This document shows positions 12,600 through 24,060 of a DNA stretch of 64,000 nucleotides, one piece after another. The position numbers were made by a program, and so were the translations under genes. The DNA is from Carcharhinus amblyrhynchos (taxonomy: Eukaryota). Within the stretch, counting starts at the first letter, position 1; each line of letters starts with the position of its first letter. The stretch covers positions 2,976,001-3,040,000 of the forward strand of contig OZ336886.1 of the NCBI GenBank assembly GCA_965287045.1, in the 5' to 3' direction. The notes under the pieces were generated by a model. It did not search any database, was not told the origin of the DNA, and saw only the letters and a list, made by a program, of their open reading frames with translations.

Positions 12600-14575
12600 A
12601 AGATCTTAGTCAGTGGTGATCAGCTAATGTGCTCACTCTGTCAAGTCCACTGAGGAACACCAGTAATGTGAGACGAGGCTTGACGTTTCCAGCACCATTT
12701 AATGATGCTGCGAATGAGGTGCAATTGGCCTCGTGATCTCATCTGACACTGAAGAATCCCAGATGCTGCTCCAGTGTTGTTGCGGATCAGAAGCCTCAAC
12801 GCTTGCTGTCCCTTGAGGAATAAGGGTGGCCTGAGTGCAGCAACTGGGGTGTCCAGCTGAGGGTAATCCTCCCTGTGGGTAGGCCCCAGGCAGACTCCGA
12901 CGGGATATAAGACATCTGGAGGAGGTCACAACTTTCCTCTTGTGCACTTCTTATAAAGAGTTAAACACGTCTCCCCTGACAACACACAAGGATGAGGCTG
13001 ACATCATCTACTCTTCATCTTACAATGAAACATGGTCACATGAGCGGCAAACCTCGAGATGAGAGGGTTCAAAGCACAAAGTCAAACCACTGTCAGTTAA
13101 CCAGAACATTCACACACCCATCCAAGGAAGGTCAGTGAGTGCAATTTGCACTGATAGCACACCCACGAACCAAAGGCGATGTCAAAATGTTTTAACTTTC
13201 CTAATCCCACCACCAGGATACAGCCTGCAGGATGCAGTAGTAGGGTGGAGGCAGCCTGCTGACTGCTACACTGATGCCTGTGGTGACCTTGGCATATGTC
13301 CTTCGATGGCCTGAGGCCTGGAAAGGCCTGCCCTGATAGAGGGACGGAAGCACCCTCCATGGCTTGCGTTGCTGGGGTTATTGTGGACACAGAGGGGACT
13401 CTGAGCAGCTGCATACCCTTGGAGTGTCCTGAGTGCTTGGGATGTCTGGCTGATGCTCATCTTCCCTGTGGGGGCCTCGGCCTGACTGCTGCAGCAGAAG
13501 GGGAACCTGGGGAAGGGGGGGGGTCAAGTTGCTTGTCCCTGAGTAGCTTACAGCGTCAGTGTGCATGGCCAAATGCAAATCCATCAAGGTCTCCATGTTG
13601 GCCTTCAACCTTCCCATGGTGACTTTGAAACATTCACATATCAGAGCCACAACATCAGACAGAATGTGGACGGATTCCTCCATTGTTCACTCTAGTCTGC
13701 TCAGTGCCTGCCAAATCTCTGTCCAATGTTCCACTGCCTGCCGTTACATGTCCACCAGTGAGCTGACAGCTGCTTCCACAGGTTTGCCATCTGACTGGGC
13801 CTGAATGGGTGGCTGAATTCCAGCTGCCCTTCCAAATGCCAGAGACAGAACCGTCCCTACTTCTGATTGCCGCAAGTACATGCCAGTGAGGTGTTCTTCA
13901 GACAAAGACGCCAAGTCTAATCTATGCCCCACCAAAGTGTCTGTGCTAGTGGAGGGTGCGTGTGAGCACTGTGGCAGGTCTTTGTGAGTCCCGATGTCCT
14001 GGGAAGTGCTGCCTGGCTGGTCACTGCCTGCTGGTGCCTGTGCTATACAAAGAAGAGTTTTAGTGGATGAGCTTCAGTATCAGAGTTCATTTGATTCACT
14101 GTGACTATCAGGATCTGATTAAATATTGGGACTGAGATCCACAGTCAGTTATTAGGAGAGACCAATCTCCTCTTCCCCACAGCAATGAGCCCTGTCAACC
14201 CAACAAGCTCAGCTGTAACCTCCTCAAGTTCAGGGATGGCGAGGATCTCTGCTTTCCCTCCCCATGTCTGGGTTCGCCCTCTCACTGTGTACCAGCCTGG
14301 CCTGTATGAAGATAAAAGAAAGGCATGTGATCAGAGGGGATGGGGCAGAGGTTGGGTGAGGTGTGTGTCCCCCATGTGTGGTGAGCCTTCCTTATTAGGG
14401 ACAGAGGATGGAGTGTAGGAAAACAAGACAGATGGGATGGTGATAATGTGAAATTCTCTGAGAGAGAATGGGTGTTAGGTGCTGGAGATCTGTATATAGA
14501 GTAGGTTTTTCAGTACACGATGCCGTGCTGAGAGTTTGGAGGAGGCTGAGAGAGGACTTACCCTGGTGGAATAGA
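12600..14575 (-). mobile_element. Decayed PIF/Harbinger-like DNA transposon remnant
   Basis: Broken minus-strand frames (about 14170-14300, ...HSERAN...GGKAEIL..PELEE) resemble the Myb/SANT partner ORF motif also seen at 58540-58731. Confidence 0.4.
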
Positions 14576-14577
14576 AG

Positions 14578-15000
14578 AGTAAGAAGTCTCACAACACCAG
14601 GTTAAAGTCTAACAGGTTTATTTGGTAGCAAAAGCCACTAGCTTTCAGAGCGCTGCTCCTTCATCGGGTGAGTAGGAGTTGTGTTCATAATCAGGGCATA
14701 TATAGACACAAACTCAATTTACAAGATAATGGTTGGAACGCGAATCTTTACAGGTAATCAAATCTTAAAGGTGCAGACAATGTGAGTGGAGAGAGGGTTA
14801 AACACAGGTTAAAGAGATATGTATTATCTCCAGACAGGACAGTGAGTGAGATTTTGCAAGCCCAGGCAAGTCATGGGGGTTACAGATAGTGTGACATGAA
14901 CCCAAGTTCCTGGTTGAGGCTGTCCTCATGTGTGTGGAACTTGGCTATCAGTCTCTGCTCAGTGATTCTGTGTTGTGTGTCATGAAGGCTGCCTTGGATA
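14578..15000 (-). mobile_element. Penelope-like element 3' fragment, family 1 (GIY-YIG C-terminus plus pseudo-LTR)
   Basis: Minus strand reads IQGSLHDTQHRITEQRLIAKFHTHEDSLNQELGFMSHYL*, followed by a UTR homologous to 25500-25567/26723-26950 and a hammerhead motif at 14636-14672. Confidence 0.8.
14636..14672 (-). ncRNA. Minimal hammerhead ribozyme motif with mutated core
   Basis: CAC-CCGAUGA-A-GGAGC-AGC-GCUCU-GAAA-GCU-A-GUG; U4 of the CUGANGA box is replaced by C. Confidence 0.55.
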
Positions 15001-15129
15001 GGATACACGACAACGACTCACTAGATGGTTCTGAGAGATACTCACTTGTAAATTATTGTGAATCCAAGTGTGGATTGAGGTGCGAGTTCTTACCATGCCA
15101 GCCAGCAGGAACAGCGCTGCTAGAGAAGA

Positions 15130-16060
15130 TAATGGGGAATTCTATCCAACCCCTTCCTTTATGAGGCCCAAGCTCTCGCAATGCTTAGCTAACCACTCTC
15201 TCAATTTGTCCTGTCACCTCCAAAGATCTGTGCAGATGGCAGCTCAGGCCTCTCTGTCCCTAAAGATTCTTTAGTAATGTGCCAAAAAGTTTACAGTATC
15301 TTTCCTTACTAATTCCATCAAAATGTGTCACCTCACACTTCCTGGTTTTAAATTCTATCTGTCACATGTCTGCCCATTGCACGAGTCTAGCTGTCTCCTG
15401 TTGCAGTCAATTGGCATTATTCTTAACATTTGCCGCTGCTCCAAATTAGAATTCAGAACATTTTGAAATATTGCTCTGTATTTCAAAATACAAGTCATTT
15501 CTAGATATCAAAGAAAGTGGTAGACGGAGCTGTGCCCTTGGGGAACTCCATTGTCCACATGTCCTCCAGATTGAAAAGTAATCATTTACTACAACTCACT
15601 GCTTCCTGTCTTTTAGCCATTATTTTATCCAATCTGACGCTGACTCTCCTATTGCATGGGGTTCAAAATTGTTAACTAGCATTTTATGTTCTACTTTGTC
15701 AGTCACTTTTTTAAAAATCCATTTAGACAACTTCTTCATCAATGTTCTTTATTATGGCACGAAAAAGTTCAATTGGATTAGTTAAGGATGATCTTCCTTT
15801 TATAAATACACACTGGTGCTTATTAATTAATTCCTCTGCCATATTTTCTCCTTGATTATTGTTTCTAAAACTTTATCCACCACTGATGCTAAACTGACCA
15901 GCCTGTGGTTACCACAAACATTCTTATGTCCTTTCTTGAATGAGGCATCACCTTTGCTACTCAGCAATCCTCAGGCACCTCTCCCCGCATCCAGGGAGAC
16001 TGGACAATTATGAGAAGCCCTTCCGCTATCTCCATCCCTTCCCTTTGCATCCTGGGATAC
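15130..16060 (-). mobile_element. Old CR1 fragment (appears to continue at about 18090-18720)
   Basis: Degenerate CR1 ORF2 sequence (aaactgaccagcctgtggttacc..., tttcttgaatgagg). Confidence 0.55.
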
Positions 16061-16610
16061 AATGCTAAGAGCTATAGGGGTTGGAGACGTAATAGTGAGA
16101 GATGCAGACAGGCAGTTCTATAGCAGGGTACTCAAAAAAGGAATTAGGAGAGTGAAGTGGAGGCATGAAGACACACTGGCGGGCAAAATAAAGGAAAATC
16201 ATAAGGTGCCTGTAAGTATATTAAGGACAAGAAGGTAACCAGGAAAAGAGTACGCTCCATTAGGGAGCAAGGTGGCAATCTGTCTGTGGAGCTGAAAGGT
16301 AGGTGAGGTATTAAATGAGTATTTTGCATCTGTATTTACTGTGGAGAAGAACGAGTTGGTACAAAAAGCAGGAAGGGGGCATGTTATAATTGAACAGATT
16401 AGTATTGAGAAGGAGGAGGTTTTAGCGGGCTTAAAAGTGGATAAATCCACAGGCCCAGACTGGATGTATGCCAGGCTACTGTGGGAGGCAAGAGTGGAGA
16501 TTACAGGGGCTCCAAAGCTAATTTTCAAATCCTCTCTGGCCACAGATGAGAGCAGTAAGAAGTCTGACAACACCAGGTTTAAGTCCAACCAGTTTATTTG
16601 ATAGTAATCC

Positions 16611-16644
16611 CACAAGCTTTCAGAAATGGTGTTCCTTCGTCAGG
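16611..16644 (-). ncRNA. Minimal hammerhead ribozyme motif in the inverted arm
   Basis: C-CUGACGA-A-GGAA-CACCAU-UUCU-GAAA-GCU-U-GUG; the 5' strand of stem I is truncated by the inversion point. Confidence 0.6.
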
Positions 16645-16727
16645 AAGGAAGATGACTTGCGTTCTAATCAATATTCTGTAAACTGTGTGTGTCTTTATAT
16701 ACCTTTCTGTGATCAGAACCTTGCACA

Positions 16728-16763
16728 CACCTGACGAAGGAACACCGTTTCCGAAAGCTTGCG
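16728..16763 (+). ncRNA. Minimal hammerhead ribozyme motif (type I topology)
   Basis: CAC-CUGACGA-A-GGAA-CACCGU-UUCC-GAAA-GCU-U-GCG: intact core boxes, stem II hairpin, palindromic AAGCUU in place of stem III. Confidence 0.7.
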
Positions 16764-18965
16764 GGATTACTGTCAAATAAACTGGTTGGACTATCAAATA
16801 AACCTGGTGTTGTGAGACTTCTTATTGTGTTTACCCCAGTCCAACGCCGGCATCTCCACATCACAGATGAGGGGTCAGAGGCCTGGAGGAGATCTAATGT
16901 GATACCATTATTCAAGAAATGAAGTAGGGGAAACCCAGGTAATTACAGGCCAGTGAGTCTAACATCACTGGTTGGGAAATTATTGTAAAAAATTCTGAGG
17001 TACAGAATTAACCACCACTTGGAAAGACAAAGACTAATCAAGAACAGTCAGCATGGTTTTCTCAGGGAGAGATCATGTCAAACAAATCTGATTGAATTTC
17101 AAGGAGGTGACTGGGTGTATGGATATAGGCAGTGCAGTTGACGTAACCTACACGGACTTTAGTAAGGCTTTTAACAAGGTCCCACATGGGAGGCCGATCC
17201 AGAAGGTAAGAGTCCATGGGATCCAGGGCAATTTGGCAAATTGGATCCAAAATTGGCTTTGTGCAGGAAACAGAAGGTGTTGGTTGAAGATTGTTTTTGT
17301 GACTGGAAGCCTGTGTCCAGTGGTGTACCACAGGGATCACTGCTGGGTCTCTTGATGGTTGTAGTGTATATTAATGATCTGATGTGAATATGGGGTGGGG
17401 GCAACGATAAGATGCTAGGAAGTACAGAGGATCAGAGGGACCTTGGGGTGCATGTTCAACATTCTTGAAGGTAATAGGAAAGGTAGATAAGGTGGTTAAG
17501 AAGGCATATAGGATACTTCCCTTTATTAGCTGAGGCAAAGAATATAGGAGCAGAGAAGTTATCATGGAGCTGTATAACTACAGCTAGAGTGCGGCAGTTC
17601 TGGTCACCATAGTACAGGAAGGATGTGATTGCACTGGAATGGGTGCAGAGGAGATTCACCAGGATGTTGCCCGGTCTGGAATGTTTCAGCTATGAAGAGA
17701 GGCTGGATAGACTGGATTATTTGCCTTGGAGCTGAGATGGTTGAGGGGGGACCTGGTTGAGGTCTGCAGGGATACAGATAGAGTAGCTAGAATGGAACTT
17801 TTCCTTTGTAAAGGGGTTAATAACCAGGCGGCATAGGTTTAAGGTACGGGACAGGAGACTTAGATGGAATTTGAGGCAAAACTCTTTCACCCAGATGGAA
17901 ATCTGGAATTCGCTGCTTGAAAGGATGATAGGGATAGGAACCCTCACAACATTTAAAAAGCATTTAGATGAGCACTTGAAACACCAAATGCTAGAAAATG
18001 GGATTAGAATAGATAGGTGCTGCATGGCCAGCGTGGATATGATGGGCCAAATGACCTCTTGCTATGCGGTAAAACTATGAAGCTAAGCCACCTGGACCAG
18101 ACAACTTATCCCTGAAGCAACACCAACCTATTCAGTATATCCTTGCTATCAATCCTTACCTCTCTCAGCAGTTTTACCACCTTTGATTCCATCAATATTT
18201 TGCCACCATTGTCCTCCTTAGTAAACTTGATACCAAGTATTTATTAAGTATTCTAGTCTTTCCCTGTTCCCCTAAGCACACATCACCCTCTTTGTCCCAA
18301 ATAGGCTACACCCTGTCTTTTATTTCCCACTTACTATTTATGTTTGGCTGAAAGATTTTTGAGTTCCCTTTCATGTTAACTGCCAACCTATTCCCATATT
18401 CTTACTTTGCCAGTCTTATTTCCTCTTCACTTCCCCTCTGAATTTGGACTGGCACTCCATTGCAGAGTTCATTTGCAGCAAATGATTGATCTCCCATCTT
18501 TCAAAGAGACCCAGATTTCATTTCTCTGCCTTTTGCCCTTGTTGGAATCTACCTAGTCCATACCTGAAAACATCTCCAGTTAAAGATTATTCATTCTTCC
18601 GTTAACACTTTTGCTGTCAATGTTTGGCACCATTTTATCCTGACTGGATTCCTTCTCATCCCGTTGAAGTTAGCCCTCTTCCAATTTAGAAATTTTACTT
18701 TTGGCTGTTCCTGCTCTTCTCAACCCTGACAGGCTGTTGCTAAACCTGAGATTGCTGTCTCATCCCAGCCAGTGGCTGTCGACTCCTGTAAAACAGATGT
18801 TTAACCCCTAGTACCTTATCCTGTGAGACTGCTGCCCAATCCCTTGGGTTTTATTTGTATAATTAGAATAATGTACTGCTTCTTCCGGAGAAATTGATCT
18901 TTTAAATTTCCATTTGAAGCACCATGCTTTTAATGTAGGACATTAAAGAAATGGTGGTGACCTAC

Positions 18966-19082
18966 CGTGTACAGTGAGATGAGAAGTGCTCGACATGGTG
19001 CCATACTTGTTGCTAGCTGTACAAGTAAACGTCCCAGAGTCTTCAGGGAAAGCTTCAGCAATTACCAGGGTACAGATTTCCT
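18966..19082 (-). CDS. MYPN: Myopalladin internal exon, Ig2 C-terminal half (117 nt, phase 1 to 1)
   Basis: Acceptor atttttag and donor gtaggt. Encodes (E)EICTLVIAEAFPEDSGTFTCTASNKYGTMSSTSHLTVH(G). Confidence 0.94.
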
Positions 19083-19502
19083 CTAAAAATATTAAAACAG
19101 ATTAATGATACCTTACAGTCAATCCTCAAGCATTATTCATATGTCAACATGTCACAGTGAATTTACCACTCACAACTTAGTTTGCCCTTATCCCAGTAAT
19201 CATACCAGGATTAACAATGCCTATTTTTACACCATGAAATAATCAGGCCATTGTCAGTGCTACCTTCAATTCAGCTCCAGTCCTGTCACATTCTAGATAA
19301 TTAACCTTGAGACTCTCGTAGTTGAGTAGTGGATGAATGGGAATATTTTCTAACATAGTGAGAAGCCATAAGTTGTGGGTGCAAAGAAGGAGTCCACTTA
19401 ATCATTGGAAGCGAATGGAAATGTACAAAGAGAAGTCAAAGTTGCTAACGTAATGTTGGCATTTATCTCAGGAAGTTTGGAACACAAAAGAAAGGTTACA
19501 TT

Positions 19503-19770
19503 TATAGATCATAGATCATAGAACCCTACAGTGCAGAAAGAGGCCCTTCGGCCCATCAAGTCTGCACCGAACACAATCCCACCCTGGCCCTACCCCCATC
19601 TCCCTACATTTTATACCCACTAATCCCATTAACCTACACATCCTAGGACACTAAGGAGCAATTTCTCAGCATGGCCAATCAACCTAACCCGCACATCTTT
19701 GGACTGTAGGAGGAAACTGGAGCACCCAGAGGAAACCCATGCAGACATGAGGAGAATGTGCAACCTCCAC
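19503..19770 (-). mobile_element. HE1-type SINE, 5'-truncated
   Basis: Core and tail closely match 10111-10453 in the opposite orientation. Confidence 0.88.
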
Positions 19771-20479
19771 ATAGAGTTTGCAGTACTGCTGTCTGTTACT
19801 GCTGTTATATTTTGCAGTACTGTTGTCAAATCTCATTTTGAGGACTGTGTTTAGCTCTGGGCATCAAACCCCAGGAAAGATCATCTGAGAAGCAAAATAC
19901 TGTGGATGATAGCAATCTGAAATAAAAGATAGCCAGACTAATGTAGGCATACAGTTAAGGTCTGTGACCTTTCTGAAGATCTCAGACAGTCATAAGATAA
20001 TTTTATAAATTTTGTGATCTGCATGGACAATAATCACAAATGCAGCAGTCCTCCTTGTTTCATGTTTACACAGAGCAGAGTTCCTCAGTGAGGGGTCTTT
20101 ATTGGACTGATCTGAATGGCAGCCTACAGTGAGTTTGCCCCACATGACCAAAACAGCCAGGTAGGACAGCCAGTTTTGCTACATTTCAAAACCCAAACAT
20201 TCTCCTTTTCCTAGCGAACAAATAACACATTTGTAAGTATGATCACGTGTAACTGTGAATTATCCAAGTTACCCATTATACACCCACTGATCCCACGTGT
20301 TAAACAAGTCAGTTTCTGCCTCTGCATTACACACATAGTCCTTAAAGTGTGCAGGTCTGTTAATTGTCCGCATACGTGTTGCATTGGCTGTTCATCTGGG
20401 TATTATTCCTTTTCAGAGAGTGTCTTTCCATGGCACTTGTTGATAAGGTAACTTGTTATTCCATTGCAGTTACTGGGAG

Positions 20480-22800
20480 ACATGTGGTCCTCTGGGATTA
20501 ATATTAGCGCTCTACTCAGTACAGCCGGTGAGATCCTTCTTCCAGATCGGCCGATTGCTGTGAAGGAACAGTTTTGCTGCTTGTGTTTATATATCTGCAT
20601 TTGAGCTAGGATATTTCATTGTTCATTTTCACCACATACAGCGTACAGTCGAGCTGTCAAAAACTCTACACACGTCCTGAATTGCCACTTGGGCTGATTC
20701 CTATTGAGAGCATGAAGGTTTGTATCCTGACTGGTTCTCCAATGCCCAGCTCTGCTCACATGGCTCAATAGTCTGGCAGTCTTGTCAAAATGAAATTTGT
20801 CTTTCTGCCATTTCACTTTGATCTTTTTCACTCACGTCTGCTATTACTTCTGGCTTCAGCAGGTTTTTTTTGCTGTAAGAAGAGTAGGTTGGGTGTGGCA
20901 TGGCATTAGTCTTTGGACTGGGCTACTTTCCATGCCTTTAATTGGTGTGTTTCACCACTCGAAGATTGCCTTGTGTCCATTGGTGTTGGACTTGCTCAAT
21001 TTCTTGATGATTCCTCTGGCAATTTCTACTCCCACCTCAGCCTTCCCATTTGACTGCGGATAGTGTGGGGAAGTGTAGTGTTGAATTTCCCAACCCTTTC
21101 TGAATCAGCTGGACTCTTCGCTTGTGAATTGAGGACCATTGTCACTCGTCACAAAGTCTGGAATGCCAGAACAAATGAAGCGAGTTTTCAGGCATTCTAT
21201 CATTTCTCCTGATGGCACTGAAGTCAGCTGGTCTTAGTCCCAGTAAGAAGTCTCACATCACCAGGTTAAAGTCCAACCAATTTATTTGCTAGTAAATTTG
21301 GTGGGATTTTAACCTGGTGTTGTGAGACTTCTTATTGTGTTTACCCCAGTCCAACGCCAGCATCTCCACATCATGACTACTTAGTCCCAGTAGTCAGAAT
21401 AGTTGTCTATAGTGACAAGACAATGAGTTCCTGCTATAGTGAAGAAGTCTATCCCCAGCTTCGTCCATGGTCTGTCATGCGTCATCCATGGCTCTCTAGC
21501 TTGTTTACCTTGCTACTTGTCACAAGCACTCCACTGGCCAATCAGGTTTTTCATTTCATTGTTTATGTTTGGCCAGTAGAGGGCATCTCTTACCTTCCTC
21601 AGACTCAATTCAATTCCTTGATGGTTTGCATAGATGAACTTCAGCATCTTTCCTCTCATTTCCTTAGGGATGATGACTCTATTTGCTTTGTATAAGATGC
21701 CATCTTGGGCTGTCAAATCATGTCAGTATGTCCAATATGCTCTTGTGACCACATCCACTCATCACTACTTCTAATGCTCGGAGAGTTGCATCCTATTGGG
21801 TATCTTGCTTGAATTGAGTCGGATGCATTGTCAGAATCAATGCCTCTTTTGGGTTAATGGCTTCCAATTCATTTTGAGATGTTGCCTCATGTTGAATCTG
21901 GAAGATTTCACACTTCATTGTCCCATCCTGAACTTTCTTCTTAGAAGCGTTGCTCTCGACAGCGGGTCAGCGATCTACATCGGTTTCCCTTCTTGTATGT
22001 CATGTCCAGATGATTTGAAGAAAGTAACATGCTCTGCAGATGCTTTGAAACAGAGAGCAGTGGTTTTGAGAAAAATGCTTTGTAGTGATTGGTGGTCAGA
22101 ATAGTCTCTCCTAAGCAGCAACTGATGAAAATGTTCACAAGCAAGAATAATAGCCAGGCACTCTTTCTCGATCTGAGTGTAGTGCCATCTAGTTGTACTT
22201 GCCTCCATTAGTCTAGATAGTCTATATAGGACATGTTATGTCAAGACTTTCAGCATTGTGCCTTGTCAGCCAGCTGAGATTGGTGAGGCTTGGAGCTTGC
22301 ATCTAACTGCTGTCCAGGGGCCATGCCCCCTTCAATGGTTTAACTTCCATCCCGTTTTACACGCCTCTGTCAGGAACAGCTGGCCAATCACACCGATGCA
22401 AATTAGACCTGAAATGTCATGGAGAAAAGCCCCATCAATGGGCAACTGATCCTCAAACATGGTCTGCATGCGAATCCAACTGATTGTCCTTACTGCATTG
22501 AGGTTGCTCCAAGATCTGTTTCTCTGGTGTCACACTGCAAGGTGATTTTATCGTTGATGCTATAGTATTTCAGTACTGGCATTGTCATCACTCATTGTTG
22601 GAGTTTTGTGAACACAGCATCTTGTTCTGTGCCCCAATACCACCGCACCTACTTGGCACTGAGCTCTGTGCAATGCCTCACACACCAGTGGCAAAGTGGG
22701 CAAAGATTTTGTGAAATAGTTCACAAATCCAGCAAATCACTGCACTGCTTTCGCATCTGTTGGTCGCTGCACCGTTGCTGTAGATCTCACCTGTTTTGGG
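20480..22800 (-). mobile_element. Decayed Gypsy/Ty3 LTR retrotransposon pol (RT connection, RNase H, integrase)
   Basis: YTQIEKECLAIILACEHFHQ (RNase H); GILYKANRVIIPKEMR...HQGIE...LYWPNI...SAC (integrase zinc finger); SDNGPQF and PHYPQSNGKAE (integrase core). Confidence 0.85.
21241..21379 (+). mobile_element. Ultra-short foldback Penelope-like insertion, family 1
   Basis: Inverted arms plus tail; TSD CTTAGTCCCAGTA at 21233-21245 and 21380-21392; lies inside the Gypsy integrase. Confidence 0.85.
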
Positions 22801-23204
22801 CAGGGGAAGGACTCACTAGACAGTGATGATCTCACACAGAGTTGAGAGCAGGGTCTGCTCCGTCACCTACAGTATTTTGTCCTGGAGATTCAGTGCATAA
22901 CACTGGGACACAGAAGGCACAGCCACATTCAGGGGAGGTATTTGCAACAGGTGCAGTGGCAATTCTAACATTATGTGGGGGTATTGGATGGTTTGATGGG
23001 ATGGGGGGTCTTGAAAGGTCAGGATGTAGGTGACCTTGAGAAACAGAGAGTCAGATTAACGAGGGGCATGGGGATGTCAATGCTGAAGGGAATGGGAGAG
23101 GATAGGCAACAGGTAGAGGAGGATAAGTGGGTGACAAGGGGAGTTAGAAGGTGTTAATGCACTCACATTTGTTCCTAAGGTTCTGCTATTTACAGTATAA
23201 TTCA

Positions 23205-23662
23205 CACCTAAATTTGATCCTCCATCCCGCATTTACCCAGCTACATCCGCCAATTCTGTGCCCAAGTGTCCAATCTATCTATATCTTGTTGTAGCCTCTG
23301 ATGATCCCCAGCACCATCAGCAACTCCACCAATCATCATGTCATCTGCAAACTTACTAATCAGATCACCCATACTTTCCTCCAGATCAATTGTATATACT
23401 ACAAAAAACAGATCCCTGCACTGATCCCTGAACAACACTACTAGCTGCAAATCTCTATTCTGAAAAACACCCTTCCATCACTACTCTCTGTCTTTTATGA
23501 CCAGGCCAATTATGTATCCCTGTAGTCAGTCCAACCCAAACCCTATATGATTTTAGCTTTTGAATCAGCCTACCATGTGCGACCTTGTCAAATGTCAAAC
23601 ACCTTGTCAAACTCCATATAAAGTACATACACAGCCCGTCCCTCAACAATTGTCTTTGTCAT
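23205..23662 (-). mobile_element. CR1 RT fragment, outer layer of a nest (resumes at about 27030-27265)
   Basis: Translates as FDKVAHGRLIQKLK and LISKFADDMMIGG. Confidence 0.8.
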
Positions 23663-23808
23663 CTCCCTCAATATAAACAAGACGAAGGGGATAGTCATCA
23701 ATTTCAGGAAGTGTAGTGGAGAACATGTTCATGTCTACATCAGTGGGGCCGAAGTAGAAATAGTCAAGAGCTTCAAGTTTTTAGGTGTGCAGATCACCAA
23801 CAACCTGT
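23662..23808 (+). mobile_element. Rex1/Babar LINE fragment (3' end resumes at about 26992-27027)
   Basis: LNINKTKGIVINFRK...VKSFKFLGVQITNNL; homologous to about 41565-41690. Confidence 0.75.
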
Positions 23809-24060
23809 TTGCAGCAAACTACCCAGCCTTCAGGAGAACAGCGACCCCGACACAACACGATCCTGCCACGGCAACCTCTGTAAGACATGCTGGATCATTG
23901 ACCTAGATACCACCATCACACACGAGAACACCATCCACCAGGTACATGGTACATAGTCATACAACTTGGCCAATGTTGTCTACCTGATACATGCTGGAAA
24001 GGATGTCCGAGGTGTGGTACATTGGCGAGACCATGCTGACGGTATGACAACGATGAACAG

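Larger units (their letters stand above)
16553..16861 (+). mobile_element. Foldback Penelope-like insertion, family 1, with two opposed hammerhead motifs
   Basis: About 90-bp inverted arms, tail tgtttaccccagtccaacgccggcatctccacat, TSD CACAGATGAG at 16541-16550 and 16862-16871. Confidence 0.85.
16140..18080 (+). mobile_element. CR1 LINE ORF2 and 3' end, interrupted by a PLE foldback
   Basis: LKVDKSTGPD, NYRPVSLTS, DFSKAFNKVPH and LERVQRRFTRMLPG motifs in broken frames. Confidence 0.88.
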
